From assembly GCA_963740315.1 (NCBI GenBank), contig CAVUDP010000003.1:224001-288000 (forward strand): a DNA stretch of 64,000 nt, written 5' to 3'. Under the pieces are notes generated by a model. The model had not been told where the DNA came from. It did no database searches and worked only from the letters and a program-made list of their open reading frames with translations. Both the position numbers and the translations under genes were made by a program. This stretch comes from an uncultured cyanobacterium (GTDB lineage Bacteria > Cyanobacteriota > Cyanobacteriia > Cyanobacteriales > Nostocaceae). Positions 33,626 to 43,433 of this stretch are shown here, one piece after another; position 1 is the first letter of the stretch, and each line of letters begins with the position of its first letter.

Positions 33626-33695
33626 GTAGGTTGGGTTAAAGGCGCATGAATAATTTGATGGTTTATGAAGAGTACAGACGCGCCGTAACCCAACA
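33626..33695. repeat. REP-like hairpin, subtype B
   Basis: GTAGGTTGGGTTAAAGGCGC...GCGCCGTAACCCAACA. Confidence 0.85.
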
Positions 33696-33739
33696 TTTAT
33701 AATTTGGCTTTGTTTGAAATTACCCAAGATACATCATTA

Positions 33740-34186
33740 CTAGTCGGGCAACATAGTGATAATTTCTCCATTTGGCATAATCACATCTCGCGTGTCGTAA
33801 GAATTCAAAGAAACACCTTCAATATTAGCGTTCCTAAAATTAACTCCAGTTAAACTCGATTCACCCAAATAAGCATTACTAAGATTGGCTCTTTCGAGAT
33901 TGGTATAGTACAAGTTAGAGCCGTAAAAATCTACCTCTTCCAAATTAGCATTCCGAAAATTAACCCAACTTAAATTACATTCAATGATAGAAGCACTACT
34001 CAAATCAGCTTCTTCAAAAATAGTACCTTGCATCATCACACCTGACATGGATATATTTCTAAAATTAGCTTTACTAAAATTAGCTCTCTCAAGTGAACAA
34101 AGTTCTAAATACATACCATTCAAATCAATCCTGCTAAAATCTCTTTCCCCCTTATCGTAACGTTTTAACAATTCATCAACATCCAT
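33740..34186 (-). CDS. pentapeptide-repeat protein
   Basis: ELLKRYDKGERDF start, A(N/D)L/F repeats, IMPNG tail. Confidence 0.92.
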   Translation of the reverse strand: MDVDELLKRYDKGERDFSRIDLNGMYLELCSLERANFSKANFRNISMSGVMMQGTIFEEADLSSASIIECNLSWVNFRNANLEEVDFYGSNLYYTNLERANLSNAYLGESSLTGVNFRNANIEGVSLNSYDTRDVIMPNGEIITMLPD

Positions 34187-34274
34187 ATTTTATCCCTTAC
34201 ATCTAATAAATAAATTTTTCAAATATCCAAATATGGTAATTTCATGTGGGATCTGCCTTTCAATTATCCAATAA

Positions 34275-34613
34275 GTGAAAACCGACACCATTTTCTACTG
34301 TCTTTTTCAAGAATTGCCTAACATATTCTTTGAATTAATTGGTAATTCTCCTGCAATTGCTACGGGGTATCAATTTTCATCAGTTGAAATCAAGCAAACT
34401 GCTTTCCGAATAGATGGTGTGTTCCTTCCAGATACAGAAGAAAAGCCCATTTACTTTGTCGAAGTTCAATTTCAAACAGACTCGGAAATTTACTCGCGTT
34501 TGTTTACAGAAATTAATTTATACCTGCGCCAAAACCAACCAAAAAATGACTGGTTTGCTGCTGTTATTTACCCCACTCGCAGCATTGATATCTCACCAAT
34601 CAAACATTACTAA
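34275..34613 (+). pseudogene. Rpn-family nuclease/putative transposase, N-terminal half only
   Basis: MKTDTIFY...FSSVEIKQTAFRIDGVF...YFVEVQFQ; stops at 112 aa with no C-terminal part downstream. Confidence 0.85.
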
Positions 34614-34712
34614 TTTAGAAGAATACGAACTGTAAGCCAGTAATTAGTCTGAAGAGAGCGATAAACTAATTACTACAAACAATAATTATTTGGTCACTGG
34701 TTACTGAAAAAA

Positions 34713-34786
34713 CGGGTGCGGCAGGACTCGAACCTGCGACCGACTGCTTAGAAGGCAGTTGCTCTATCCGGCTGAGCTACGCACCC
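34713..34786 (-). tRNA. trnR: tRNA-Arg(TCT)
   Basis: Reverse complement GGGTGCGTAGCTCAGCCGGATAGAGCAACTGC-CTTCTAA-GCAGTCGGTCGCAGGTTCGAGTCCTGCCGCACCCG. Confidence 0.97.
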
Positions 34787-35070
34787 AAACAAAATTTCTA
34801 ACTTTCACAAAGTTAGCTAATGTATTATATCAGTAGTCCGAACAAAAATCAACAACATATCGTGATTTTTTAGATAAATCAGGATAAAATGTAATTTGAT
34901 TGACTATAAAGTTACATAAAAATCCGGACGTAAGAGGTATTCAAAAGGTATATTGTGTTGTCGTGGGAAAAAGCGTCAATTATTACAAAGACGTTGGTTA
35001 AAACAACAGGGTTATTATATCTCCCATATATATAAACAATGCAGGGCGTGAGGAGTTATCTGAAAATTTC

Positions 35071-35730
35071 ATGTTTATTTTGAAACGGCAAGATGTTGAA
35101 ATATCAAGCATTGTACACCCTAAACGCGACCAACAGGTACCTGTTCTTAATTATCAAGGACAAACTTTTCGGTTGATTAGTTTGTTTAAAGCTAGTCAAG
35201 AAGAAGAAGCTAGAGCTTTGTGGCGAGAATTAACGGATAACCGAGGTAAAGCCTGCGTGTTGTTGGAGGAAGAAGATCGCTTCAGTGTTTGGGGTAAAAT
35301 TCGTTTAGATCGGCTTGATGGTGAAGCAAACGACCAAAGTAATAACAAGGTTTTGACGGTTGCAAGTATTTTGCTGTTGCAAGCCGTTTATATGGATATT
35401 GAAGAATTTCTTGGTGCAAAACAAGCGGGTTTATTTAAAAAAGAAATTTCCAATATCTTGAGTCGATGGCAGTTTCCCGCAACTTCTTCGCCGAACGCAA
35501 TTGACTACTTATTAAATATAAATCCTATAGAACCGATTCAAATTCCTTTCTGGGACGAAGATTATGTAGTTGTATTTTTGGAAGATTTACATCGATTGGG
35601 TAAAGCGTATTTCGGTAGTTCCGATTTTGCTCATCAGGTTATGGATACTTTGCATGATATGCCAGTACAGGAGCGATCGCTATTCATAAATTGGCTAAAA
35701 GATTCTCCTCTGAGTAAACTGTGGCATTAG
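35071..35730 (+). CDS. conserved cyanobacterial protein (Npun_F0813-like)
   Basis: MFILKRQDVEI...YQGQTF...WRELTDNRGKACVLLEE. Confidence 0.7.
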   Translation: MFILKRQDVEISSIVHPKRDQQVPVLNYQGQTFRLISLFKASQEEEARALWRELTDNRGKACVLLEEEDRFSVWGKIRLDRLDGEANDQSNNKVLTVASILLLQAVYMDIEEFLGAKQAGLFKKEISNILSRWQFPATSSPNAIDYLLNINPIEPIQIPFWDEDYVVVFLEDLHRLGKAYFGSSDFAHQVMDTLHDMPVQERSLFINWLKDSPLSKLWH

Positions 35731-35867
35731 CATATAAGGATTTTTATGCACTTAACATTATGTAGGTTTGTCAAGTTAAATACAATAAACTTCAAGTAAG
35801 GTTTATCTTACGTACATAATCTATAGGTCTTTATCTCTGCTAAATGCATAAACGCGGTAAATTATAA

Positions 35868-36761
35868 ATGAGTAGTATTTACAATAAGTCCGACCGTTCA
35901 AAATCATGGTTAACCACTCAGAACATTATCCTGGCTAATATTGGTTGGGGTGTTTTGGCGTTGTTATACTTTTTACTTTTTAGCGCCGAGGTTCCGGATG
36001 CAGATGGTGTAGCAAAACGTGCCGGATGGTACGTGATGGGAACAAATATTTTTGAAGCGCTAGCTTACCTGGGTGCGGGAATTTTATGCTTAAGAAATTG
36101 GCGCAGTCGCCAAATTGTCAGCGGAAGAAACGTTTGGCTGCTATTTGGTATAGGTATGCTTTCTTATTCTTTAGGAGGGATCATTTTTGGCTATATAGAA
36201 ATCATCTTAAAATTGGACCCATCTCCTTCAGTTGCCGATATATTTTATGTGGTGACTTATTTGTTGGTGGGCATCGGCATGATTTTAGCCGTAGCTTCAA
36301 GACGAATCAATTTAGAGGTTTGGCAGTGGATAATTGTATTAGCGATCGCCGCCTTTGGTAGCGCTTTGGCATGGCTGATTAGTCAGCCGCCAGATCCAAC
36401 CCTCACCGGGGTTCTAGTAGAAAAAGGACCTGAATGGAAGGAAACTATTGGCACGTATTTAAATTGGTTTTACGTAGTCAGCGACGTATTACTATTGATT
36501 ATTGCTACGAGTCTGCTACTAGCTTTTTGGGGTGGACGAGCTTCTTTGCCTTGGCGAATGATTGCAGTAGCGACGTTTTCGCTTTACATTGCAGATATAT
36601 GGTACCAATGGGCTGACAATAGAATTCCCAATTATGAAAGTGGAGGCATATTGGAAGTCTGTTGGGTATTGGGTGGAGTTTTATTCGGTATGGGCGCAGC
36701 CCTTGAGTATGAAGCTTCATCAAGCCGTTCCCGACGAGAACGCGGACGCAAACGAAGTTAA
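35868..36761 (+). CDS. multi-pass membrane protein
   Basis: About 8 hydrophobic helices; PSPSVADIFY motif. Confidence 0.8.
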   Translation: MSSIYNKSDRSKSWLTTQNIILANIGWGVLALLYFLLFSAEVPDADGVAKRAGWYVMGTNIFEALAYLGAGILCLRNWRSRQIVSGRNVWLLFGIGMLSYSLGGIIFGYIEIILKLDPSPSVADIFYVVTYLLVGIGMILAVASRRINLEVWQWIIVLAIAAFGSALAWLISQPPDPTLTGVLVEKGPEWKETIGTYLNWFYVVSDVLLLIIATSLLLAFWGGRASLPWRMIAVATFSLYIADIWYQWADNRIPNYESGGILEVCWVLGGVLFGMGAALEYEASSSRSRRERGRKRS

Positions 36762-36787
36762 AAAAATAACGTTGGGGGTCTACTACC

Positions 36788-37864
36788 GTGAGAAAACTGA
36801 CTGAATCTGATAAAAAAGAAATTCTCAAGCTGTACCGAGAAAGTGCTGAAACTACTTCTACTTTGGCAGAACGCTACGGTGTAAGCAATTCAACTATCAG
36901 CCGCTTACTTAAAAGTACTTTGCCAGAAGATGAGTATGAGTATTTGGTTTCTCTAAAGCGTGCTGCTAGAACCCCTGAAGGTAGGGCGCAAGTCAGCTAC
37001 GAGAATATTCCTTCTTTTAATGCCGAGGAGTCACCATCGTCCGATAATGTTATTTCTCAACCTGAAGAAGTAATTCAAGAAGAGGAAGATGAGGAAGATG
37101 AGGAAGATGAGGAAGAAGTTGTTGTTAAAAAACAACCCATACTCAGAAAGGTTAACAAGACAACTGAGGCACCTAGAAGAGTAAAACGGCGTTCTTCCGC
37201 TCCAGTGTCTCAAAAACCTTTCCCAGTTGCCGAACAATTGGAACTATTGGAGGAAAAGCAAAAAGAAAAAGAAGTTAAAATTATTCCCGATCCTCCGCAA
37301 CTCAAGAGTATTCCCAGTCCGCTATTAGAATCGGAGCGTACAGAAGCCAAAGTCATAGCAGAAATGTTCGGCGAGGAAATCGATGATTCCGATGACTTGG
37401 AAGATTTAGACGATTTACTCGAAGACGAGGATTTTGATGAGGATGACGAAGACGACGACGATGGCGATGACGATGAGGATGACGATGACGATGACGATGT
37501 GGAGCAACCTACTCGTTTTATTCCTAGAAGAAGGTCAAACGAACCTTTAATTCGAGTTCTACCACTATCGGCAGCTCCTTTACCCAGAACCTGCTACATA
37601 GTCATCGATAGAGCCGCAGAACTAATTACTCGTCCGCTCAGAGAGTTTAGCGATTTAGGAGAAATCCCCAGCCCGGAAACCCAGGAAACAACTTTACCCG
37701 TATTCGATAACCATCGAGTCGCAAAACGCTTTTCCTCAAAACGCGATCGCGTGATCAAATTACCCGATAGCAAAGTACTACACAAGGCTCGTTATCAACT
37801 ACAAGCCAAAGGTATCACCCGATTGTTGATTGATGGACAAGTATATTCGCTATTGTCCGTTTAG
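36788..37864 (+). CDS. HTH protein with long acidic low-complexity linker
   Basis: LAERYGVSNSTISRLL HTH, D/E tracts, globular C-terminus. Confidence 0.8.
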   Translation: MRKLTESDKKEILKLYRESAETTSTLAERYGVSNSTISRLLKSTLPEDEYEYLVSLKRAARTPEGRAQVSYENIPSFNAEESPSSDNVISQPEEVIQEEEDEEDEEDEEEVVVKKQPILRKVNKTTEAPRRVKRRSSAPVSQKPFPVAEQLELLEEKQKEKEVKIIPDPPQLKSIPSPLLESERTEAKVIAEMFGEEIDDSDDLEDLDDLLEDEDFDEDDEDDDDGDDDEDDDDDDDVEQPTRFIPRRRSNEPLIRVLPLSAAPLPRTCYIVIDRAAELITRPLREFSDLGEIPSPETQETTLPVFDNHRVAKRFSSKRDRVIKLPDSKVLHKARYQLQAKGITRLLIDGQVYSLLSV

Positions 37865-38018
37865 CTAAGTGTCACAAGGTATCGGCACAAAAGCTAATTT
37901 TTGTGGTATATATTTTCCCTTGCCTTAGCGATACGATAATTCGTAACTATCAATTACGAAATTATTACTATCGACTGCCAATTATTTTGACTGGTGTCCA
38001 TCTACTTTTTCTACTTTT

Positions 38019-38339
38019 ATGAATAATACCGACTACGGTATAGTACTAGTGACAACTGGTTCTCAACAAGAAGCTGAAAAAATTGCCAATGTTTTAGTGG
38101 AGGCGAAACTAGCTGCTTGTGTTAGTTTTGCTCCCATAAACTCGGTTTACACTTGGCAAGGGAAAGTAAACAAAGACAAAGAATGGCAACTTGTTATCAA
38201 AACAGATTTATCTCGATTTCCCACAATAGAAGCCAAAATACTCGAACTTCACTCCTACGAAGTACCCGAAATTATCGCTTTACCTATCATCAAAGGTCAT
38301 CAGCCTTATTTACAATGGATTGCTCAGCAGGTGGATTAA
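38019..38339 (+). CDS. cutA: divalent-cation tolerance protein CutA
   Basis: LAACV, SVYTWQG, HSYEVPEII. Confidence 0.95.
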   Translation: MNNTDYGIVLVTTGSQQEAEKIANVLVEAKLAACVSFAPINSVYTWQGKVNKDKEWQLVIKTDLSRFPTIEAKILELHSYEVPEIIALPIIKGHQPYLQWIAQQVD

Positions 38340-38457
38340 CAGTGAACAGTTACCAGTGAACAGTTACCAGTGAGCAGTGAACAGTTACCAGTGAGCAGTG
38401 AACAGTTACCAGTTACCAGTGGCTAGTTTACACCTCCTAACTCCTAACTCCTAACTA
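38340..38457. repeat. STRR-type tandem repeats
   Basis: CAGTGAA/CAGTTAC heptamers and CTCCTAA repeats. Confidence 0.85.
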
Positions 38458-39396
38458 ATTAGAAACTGCCGCATCAAAACTTTCGGCTAAATCCATAATG
38501 TGCTGTTTGCGGGCAATTTGCTCGATCCATTCTGTAGGAATATTTTCGATACCATAATAAATTCCCGCTAAGCCACCCGTTACTGCTGCTGTGGTGTCGG
38601 TGTCTCCACCCAAGTTAACGGCTTTTAATACTGCTTCGGGATAAGATGAACTATTTAATAAACACCATAAAGACGCTTCAAGGGTGTGTATTACATAACC
38701 GCTCGATTGAATTTCATCTACAGATAATTTGGCAATTTCACCGCTAAATACTTTATTAAAATGCGAGATTTCACTGGCATATTCAGACGCTGAATAAATT
38801 GTTTGTATTTTTTCTAATCCCTTTTCATAAGCCTGTAGTGGTTTTTCACCTTCTAACAAATAAATTGCAATACTTACATAAATCCCGCAAGCCATTTGCG
38901 ATCGCAGATGCGCGTGAGTAATACAAGAACAGCAATGTGTACGAGAAATTAATTCTGGAAAAGTCAATTTTTTATAACAGTAAGCCATAGGTAAAATTCT
39001 CATCAACGAACCATTACCATTACTGTTTTCGCTTTTCCCACCAGCAAGCATTGGTGGAATTCCTCGTTGATAATCGGCGATCGCTAAAAATGTCGTGTTG
39101 CCAATATCAAAAACTTCACCGCTAGCTGTCCAATAACCTTCGTGATACCAGCGCCAGAAAGATTTGGCAATGTTATCGAGCGAAAACCCGTTGCAAAGAG
39201 ATTCCGCCAAACAAAAAGTTAACGAACTGTCATCGGACCAAGTTCCAGCAGGTACATCCCAGGTTCCATAACCCAACATTGATGTTACCGGAGATTTTAT
39301 TCTTTCAGCACGGCTAGTGAATTCTACAGGTACGCCTAATGCATCGCCAATACATAACCCCAGCAAACCAGATGCTGTTTTTGCAATCTTTATCAT
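38455..39396 (-). CDS. ADP-ribosylglycohydrolase family protein
   Basis: GDALG, WSDD, GNGSLMR, GGDTDT. Confidence 0.93.
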   Translation of the reverse strand: MIKIAKTASGLLGLCIGDALGVPVEFTSRAERIKSPVTSMLGYGTWDVPAGTWSDDSSLTFCLAESLCNGFSLDNIAKSFWRWYHEGYWTASGEVFDIGNTTFLAIADYQRGIPPMLAGGKSENSNGNGSLMRILPMAYCYKKLTFPELISRTHCCSCITHAHLRSQMACGIYVSIAIYLLEGEKPLQAYEKGLEKIQTIYSASEYASEISHFNKVFSGEIAKLSVDEIQSSGYVIHTLEASLWCLLNSSSYPEAVLKAVNLGGDTDTTAAVTGGLAGIYYGIENIPTEWIEQIARKQHIMDLAESFDAAVSN

Positions 39397-39645
39397 ATTT
39401 TTATCTTAATAAGAGTAAGTACATATTTTCTTGATATTATCTTTATAAATAAGTGGGATTAAACTAAGTAAAAATAGCGTTTATCATTCTATAGAAGTAT
39501 ATATAAAATAATTCAAACATAATTGTCTTAACTTTTGATTCAAACTCTCGATAGATGTAGTTTAACTATAAGACAAGTCATATTAGTAACAGGTAATTAA
39601 TTAATATTAATAATTATCACTTAAAAAACAATAAGGAAAAATTGA

Positions 39646-40128
39646 ATGAATATATCTGTTTTAATAAAAGCTTTACCAGCGATATTAGGATTAACTTTGC
39701 TTGCACCAACTTATCGGGTAGCGGCGCAAACTGCCAACACCGCACCAGTAGCTGCAAGACCTGCGAGAGGAGAAAGCAGCTACGATTTTCAGATGAGACT
39801 TGGTTATGCGGCGGCTCAAAGAGAAGATTACGCTACAGCTTTAATTCGTTTTAGAGACGCTTTATACGTTCGTCCTAACGACCGTAATGCCACTATTGCT
39901 TATTACAATATGTTAGATATTTTGGATGGTAATAAGCCAGAGACTAAAGATACTCCTTTAGCAGCTTACGACCGTCATATGCGAATTGGATATGCTGCAA
40001 CCGATAATCAAGATTACCAAACTGCTTTAATTAATTTCCGCAGAGCTTTAAAAACACGTCCGAACGATCGCTATGCAGCCCAAGCCATTCGTAATGTTAG
40101 TACATATATTAAAAAAGGCGATCGATAG
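39646..40128 (+). CDS. secreted protein with two TPR-like repeats
   Basis: Signal peptide; YD..MR.GYAA...DY.TALI.FR.AL..RPNDR occurs twice. Confidence 0.8.
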   Translation: MNISVLIKALPAILGLTLLAPTYRVAAQTANTAPVAARPARGESSYDFQMRLGYAAAQREDYATALIRFRDALYVRPNDRNATIAYYNMLDILDGNKPETKDTPLAAYDRHMRIGYAATDNQDYQTALINFRRALKTRPNDRYAAQAIRNVSTYIKKGDR

Positions 40129-40473
40129 ATCGTATATATAGGGGCTGGGCATTCTTGCCCGTCCTATTTTAGATTTTGAACTGTTTGTTTTTCGCAATCA
40201 AGATTGTTATCTAATTAATTAAACAACTAATCATTTTGGCAATTATCCCTTTTACTTCTAAGTGCAAATTCTGAGGACTATAGCCGGAAAAGTTAATAAT
40301 ATAACAATACACGCCTGTGACTATAAATGTGGTTTGTCCCGCATTTGTCACTGTTGCTGATTGTTGGGAAGATGTTAACACCCCTTACGGGGTGTTTTTT
40401 TTTATCATTTTTTTTGAGTATTTATTGAAGGAAAATCGAAAATCTGTACTTATAAAAACCAGGATTTTAACAA

Positions 40474-40869
40474 ATGAATTTTTTTTACCACAAGTTAGCT
40501 GCGGTTGCTTCTTTTTTAAGTATCTCCGCGATAAATTTAGTTTTTCCGGCTCCTGCACTTTCAGCAATCTCTTGTGAATCAGGTACTATTAACCGTCACG
40601 CGAATGGTTCTTTGCAATATTGCCTATTAGCATTCGACACTAAAATAACTATTAGCAATAACCGAGTTGGTACTTCTATTTTTCCCTGTAAAGCTAAAAC
40701 TTATATCATGTTCGCAGCAAATTCGCAGTTTCAACACTGTACCCTTTCTGAAGATATCAAAATAAGGGAAAGTAATTCCGTGCGAACTTGTCCAAAAGAT
40801 TATATCGTCTCGGTTTCAACTTTGGATGACGGTAAGGATTTATCTGTAGAGTGTCGGCGCTATTCTTAA
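40474..40869 (+). CDS. secreted Cys-containing hypothetical protein
   Basis: Signal peptide ending PALS; six Cys. Confidence 0.7.
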   Translation: MNFFYHKLAAVASFLSISAINLVFPAPALSAISCESGTINRHANGSLQYCLLAFDTKITISNNRVGTSIFPCKAKTYIMFAANSQFQHCTLSEDIKIRESNSVRTCPKDYIVSVSTLDDGKDLSVECRRYS

Positions 40870-41027
40870 CAGCAGTTGTACACGGCGAAATTATTTATCA
40901 AATAAAATTTCTGTTGGGCTGCTTTAAATAACGGTGGGGCGATACTTCAATTTTACTTGTAGACAAGTGAAGATATAGGATCTAGTAATAGTGCCTGCAT
41001 AAGTATCGCTGACCAAAAGTCAAAATT

Positions 41028-42692
41028 ATGAGTCGGATTATTTTAACTACCCTCAGCGCGCACAGTGCCCCTAATTTCTAATTATTGTCGTTCGTGCGCT
41101 CGCGACTTTAGTCGCCAGTCTCATAGCTACGAAGATGGTATGCTTGATTAAGCGGTAAAGCGCATATATAAAAAACGAAGTAGGTCTAGCGGACGGCTCT
41201 TGCTCCGGAACCCTGGTAGTATAAATCCTAAATCTTGCACGCCACTTGCTTTATGCCGGGAAACCCGTCCACCGCAGTGGCTCACAAATTTGAGAGTAAA
41301 GTGAGAAATTAAAAATCATTTCAAACGCGGTCGGGCAGTCCGTGTAAGCTTGTGGACGTATCCCTTCCGGGGAAATTTTAATACTTGTATTTAGATTTCT
41401 AGGGCGGACGGATGAAGCAAGAATCCCCTTCAATTAATTGAAGGGGAGTGTCAACATTGGTTCTCTGGGTGATTTACATCCTAAAATTGCGATCGCGCTC
41501 GAATTACGACAACGCGGTCATGATGTGGTGTTTGCGACACACAAGGAGTATCGAGAGAAAATTGAAGTTTTGGGATTTGAATTTCGGCGAATGCGTCCTG
41601 ATAACACTGCTTTGAGCGATTCTCAAGAGATGGCGCGGATGATGGATTTGAAAACGGGTTCAGAATACATCATCCGTAATTGGATTTGTGCTAATTTACG
41701 TGAAACGTACACGGATTTGATGAATATTGCCAAAAATGCAGACTTGATTATTGCAGGTGAAGGAGTTGTAGCGGCTCGCTTGGTTGCAGAAAAATTGGGG
41801 ATTCGTTGGACTTTAGCTGTTCTCTCACCTGCAACATTTTTCTCTGCTTACGATCCATCAATTATTCCTACGTTTCCATTTTTAACTAAACTAGGCGGGT
41901 TTAGTCCTGTTGTTTACCGAGGCATTATTGAGTTGGTAAAAGTAATAACTAAATCCTTGATACAACCCGTTCATCAGCTTCGACGCGAACTCGGATTACC
42001 AACTCTTGCTGGAAATCCCTTCATCGATGACAAGTATTCTCCCTACCTTGTACTAGTCATGTTTTCGTCAGTGTTAGCAAAGCCTCAACCCGATTGGGTT
42101 GCAAATACGGTGATTACAGGTTTTACGTTTTACGATGGAACCCAAGCTGGAACAGAACTAACTCCAGAATTGAAGCAATTTTTAGATGCAGGTGAACCAC
42201 CGATTATTTTTACCTTGGGTTCGGCTGCTGTAATGGATGCTGGCAACTTTTATCAGGAAAGCATCGAAGCAGTAAAACAGTTAAACCGTCGTGCAGTTTT
42301 ATTAATTGGTAAAAATCCGGTTCCTAAAAATCTTTCAAAAGATATTATTGCTGTAAATTACGCACCGTATTCTCAAATTTTTCCTCATGCTTGTGCGATC
42401 GCGCATCAAGGTGGTATCGGAACGACTGCTCAAGCCTTGCGGGCTGGTCGTCCTACGCTTGTGATGCCGGTGCAGCCACGATCGACCAGACAATGCCGCA
42501 CGATTAGAAAAGTTAGGAACTTCTCGGACAATTCCACGCAAGCAATATTGTGCAAAACGGGTAGTGAAAGAATTACGTATTTTATTGGAAAATCCTAATT
42601 ATGCAGCCAAAGCAATGGAAATTGGACGCATAATTCAAGCAGAGGATGGTGTTGCTGTTGCTTGTGATGCGATTGAAAAAGAGCTTATTTGA
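41028..42692 (+). pseudogene. GT1-family (GT-B) glycosyltransferase, interrupted and frameshifted
   Basis: Removing 41051-41454 restores MSRIILTTIGSLGDLHP; +1 shift near 42470 hides HDRPDNAARLEKLG...ELI*; HQGGIGT motif; reconstructed 419 aa. Confidence 0.88.
41051..41454 (+). mobile_element. non-autonomous IS200/IS605-type element (404 bp)
   Basis: Precise insertion with no target duplication; right end hairpin TCCCCTTCAAT-TA-ATTGAAGGGGA followed by GTGTCAA; tnpB-tail-like sequence upstream. Confidence 0.8.
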
Positions 42693-42775
42693 TTTAAATC
42701 GCTCAAGATAAGATGGCAGTTTGCCAGGTAAAATAAATTCATTGATAAATCTATTAACTTGGCTCTTATACCGTT

Positions 42776-43297
42776 ATGTTCTCAACAGATGATTTCGCAC
42801 GCTATACTCAATGGGCGGGTATTGCCACATTAATATTTGCTTTTATTACATTCTTAGCCTTTATCTTTAAGTGGGGTATCCGGTTTCGATTAGCGGGTGC
42901 GACGGGATTTATGCTGGTAATAACGGGCGGTTTGTTTCCCCTCTCTCTCACACCTTTAACGCGCACGGTAATTCCTGGCGCAATTCGCTACAAATTAGTT
43001 TTTGATAATGGTTCGTCGCAAGCTGTAATTGCTACCCCACCCCAAATTACTCCTTCAGAATTAGATGCTACTTTACGCCAAGCTGCTAGCGATTTATTTT
43101 CCTACGGTAGATTAGGTACCCGACAAGATAATCAATTAACTATTCGCGCTCGCAGCATAGTACATCCGGAACCAGGACTTTCCGTACCTCTGTATTTAGG
43201 ACAAGTTAAGCGTTCGCTTTCTAATCGCGATGATGACGGAATGCAAATTGATATTTACGAAGATAAGTTAGCGAAGTTGTCAACATCTGAAAGTTAA
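42776..43297 (+). CDS. ycf51: Ycf51 (DUF2518) family protein
   Basis: WGIRFRL..ATGF, PGAIRYKLVFDNG, LRQAASDL. Confidence 0.82.
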   Translation: MFSTDDFARYTQWAGIATLIFAFITFLAFIFKWGIRFRLAGATGFMLVITGGLFPLSLTPLTRTVIPGAIRYKLVFDNGSSQAVIATPPQITPSELDATLRQAASDLFSYGRLGTRQDNQLTIRARSIVHPEPGLSVPLYLGQVKRSLSNRDDDGMQIDIYEDKLAKLSTSES

Positions 43298-43433
43298 GAG
43301 CAGTGCTAATCCGCTTCGGATCGGCTTATAAAATGCGTACCGAAGCTGACTATGCTTGTCTTAAATAGATAGCTGAACCCTGAATTAAAGTTTATTAAGC
43401 TGTAAATGGTTGAAAGTTTAATCGCAAATTGTT

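Noticed and set aside
24846..33695. Recurring ~70-bp repeats as a CRISPR array or integron attC cassette array
   Set aside because: Spacing is 0.8-4.5 kb and irregular, there are no cas or integron-integrase genes, and intervening genes lie on both strands; the GTAG-hairpin form fits REP elements better
24800..34786. Integrative element or prophage at tRNA-Arg(UCU)
   Set aside because: No integrase and no duplicate of the tRNA 3' end found by eye in the window
41051..41454. Insert as a self-splicing group I intron (IStron)
   Set aside because: Does not follow a U or end in G, no recognisable group I core, and the host gene has a second frameshift
41438..41460. TTG start giving a 386-aa glycosyltransferase
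   Set aside because: The start lies inside the element's right-end hairpin; the native start is at 41028
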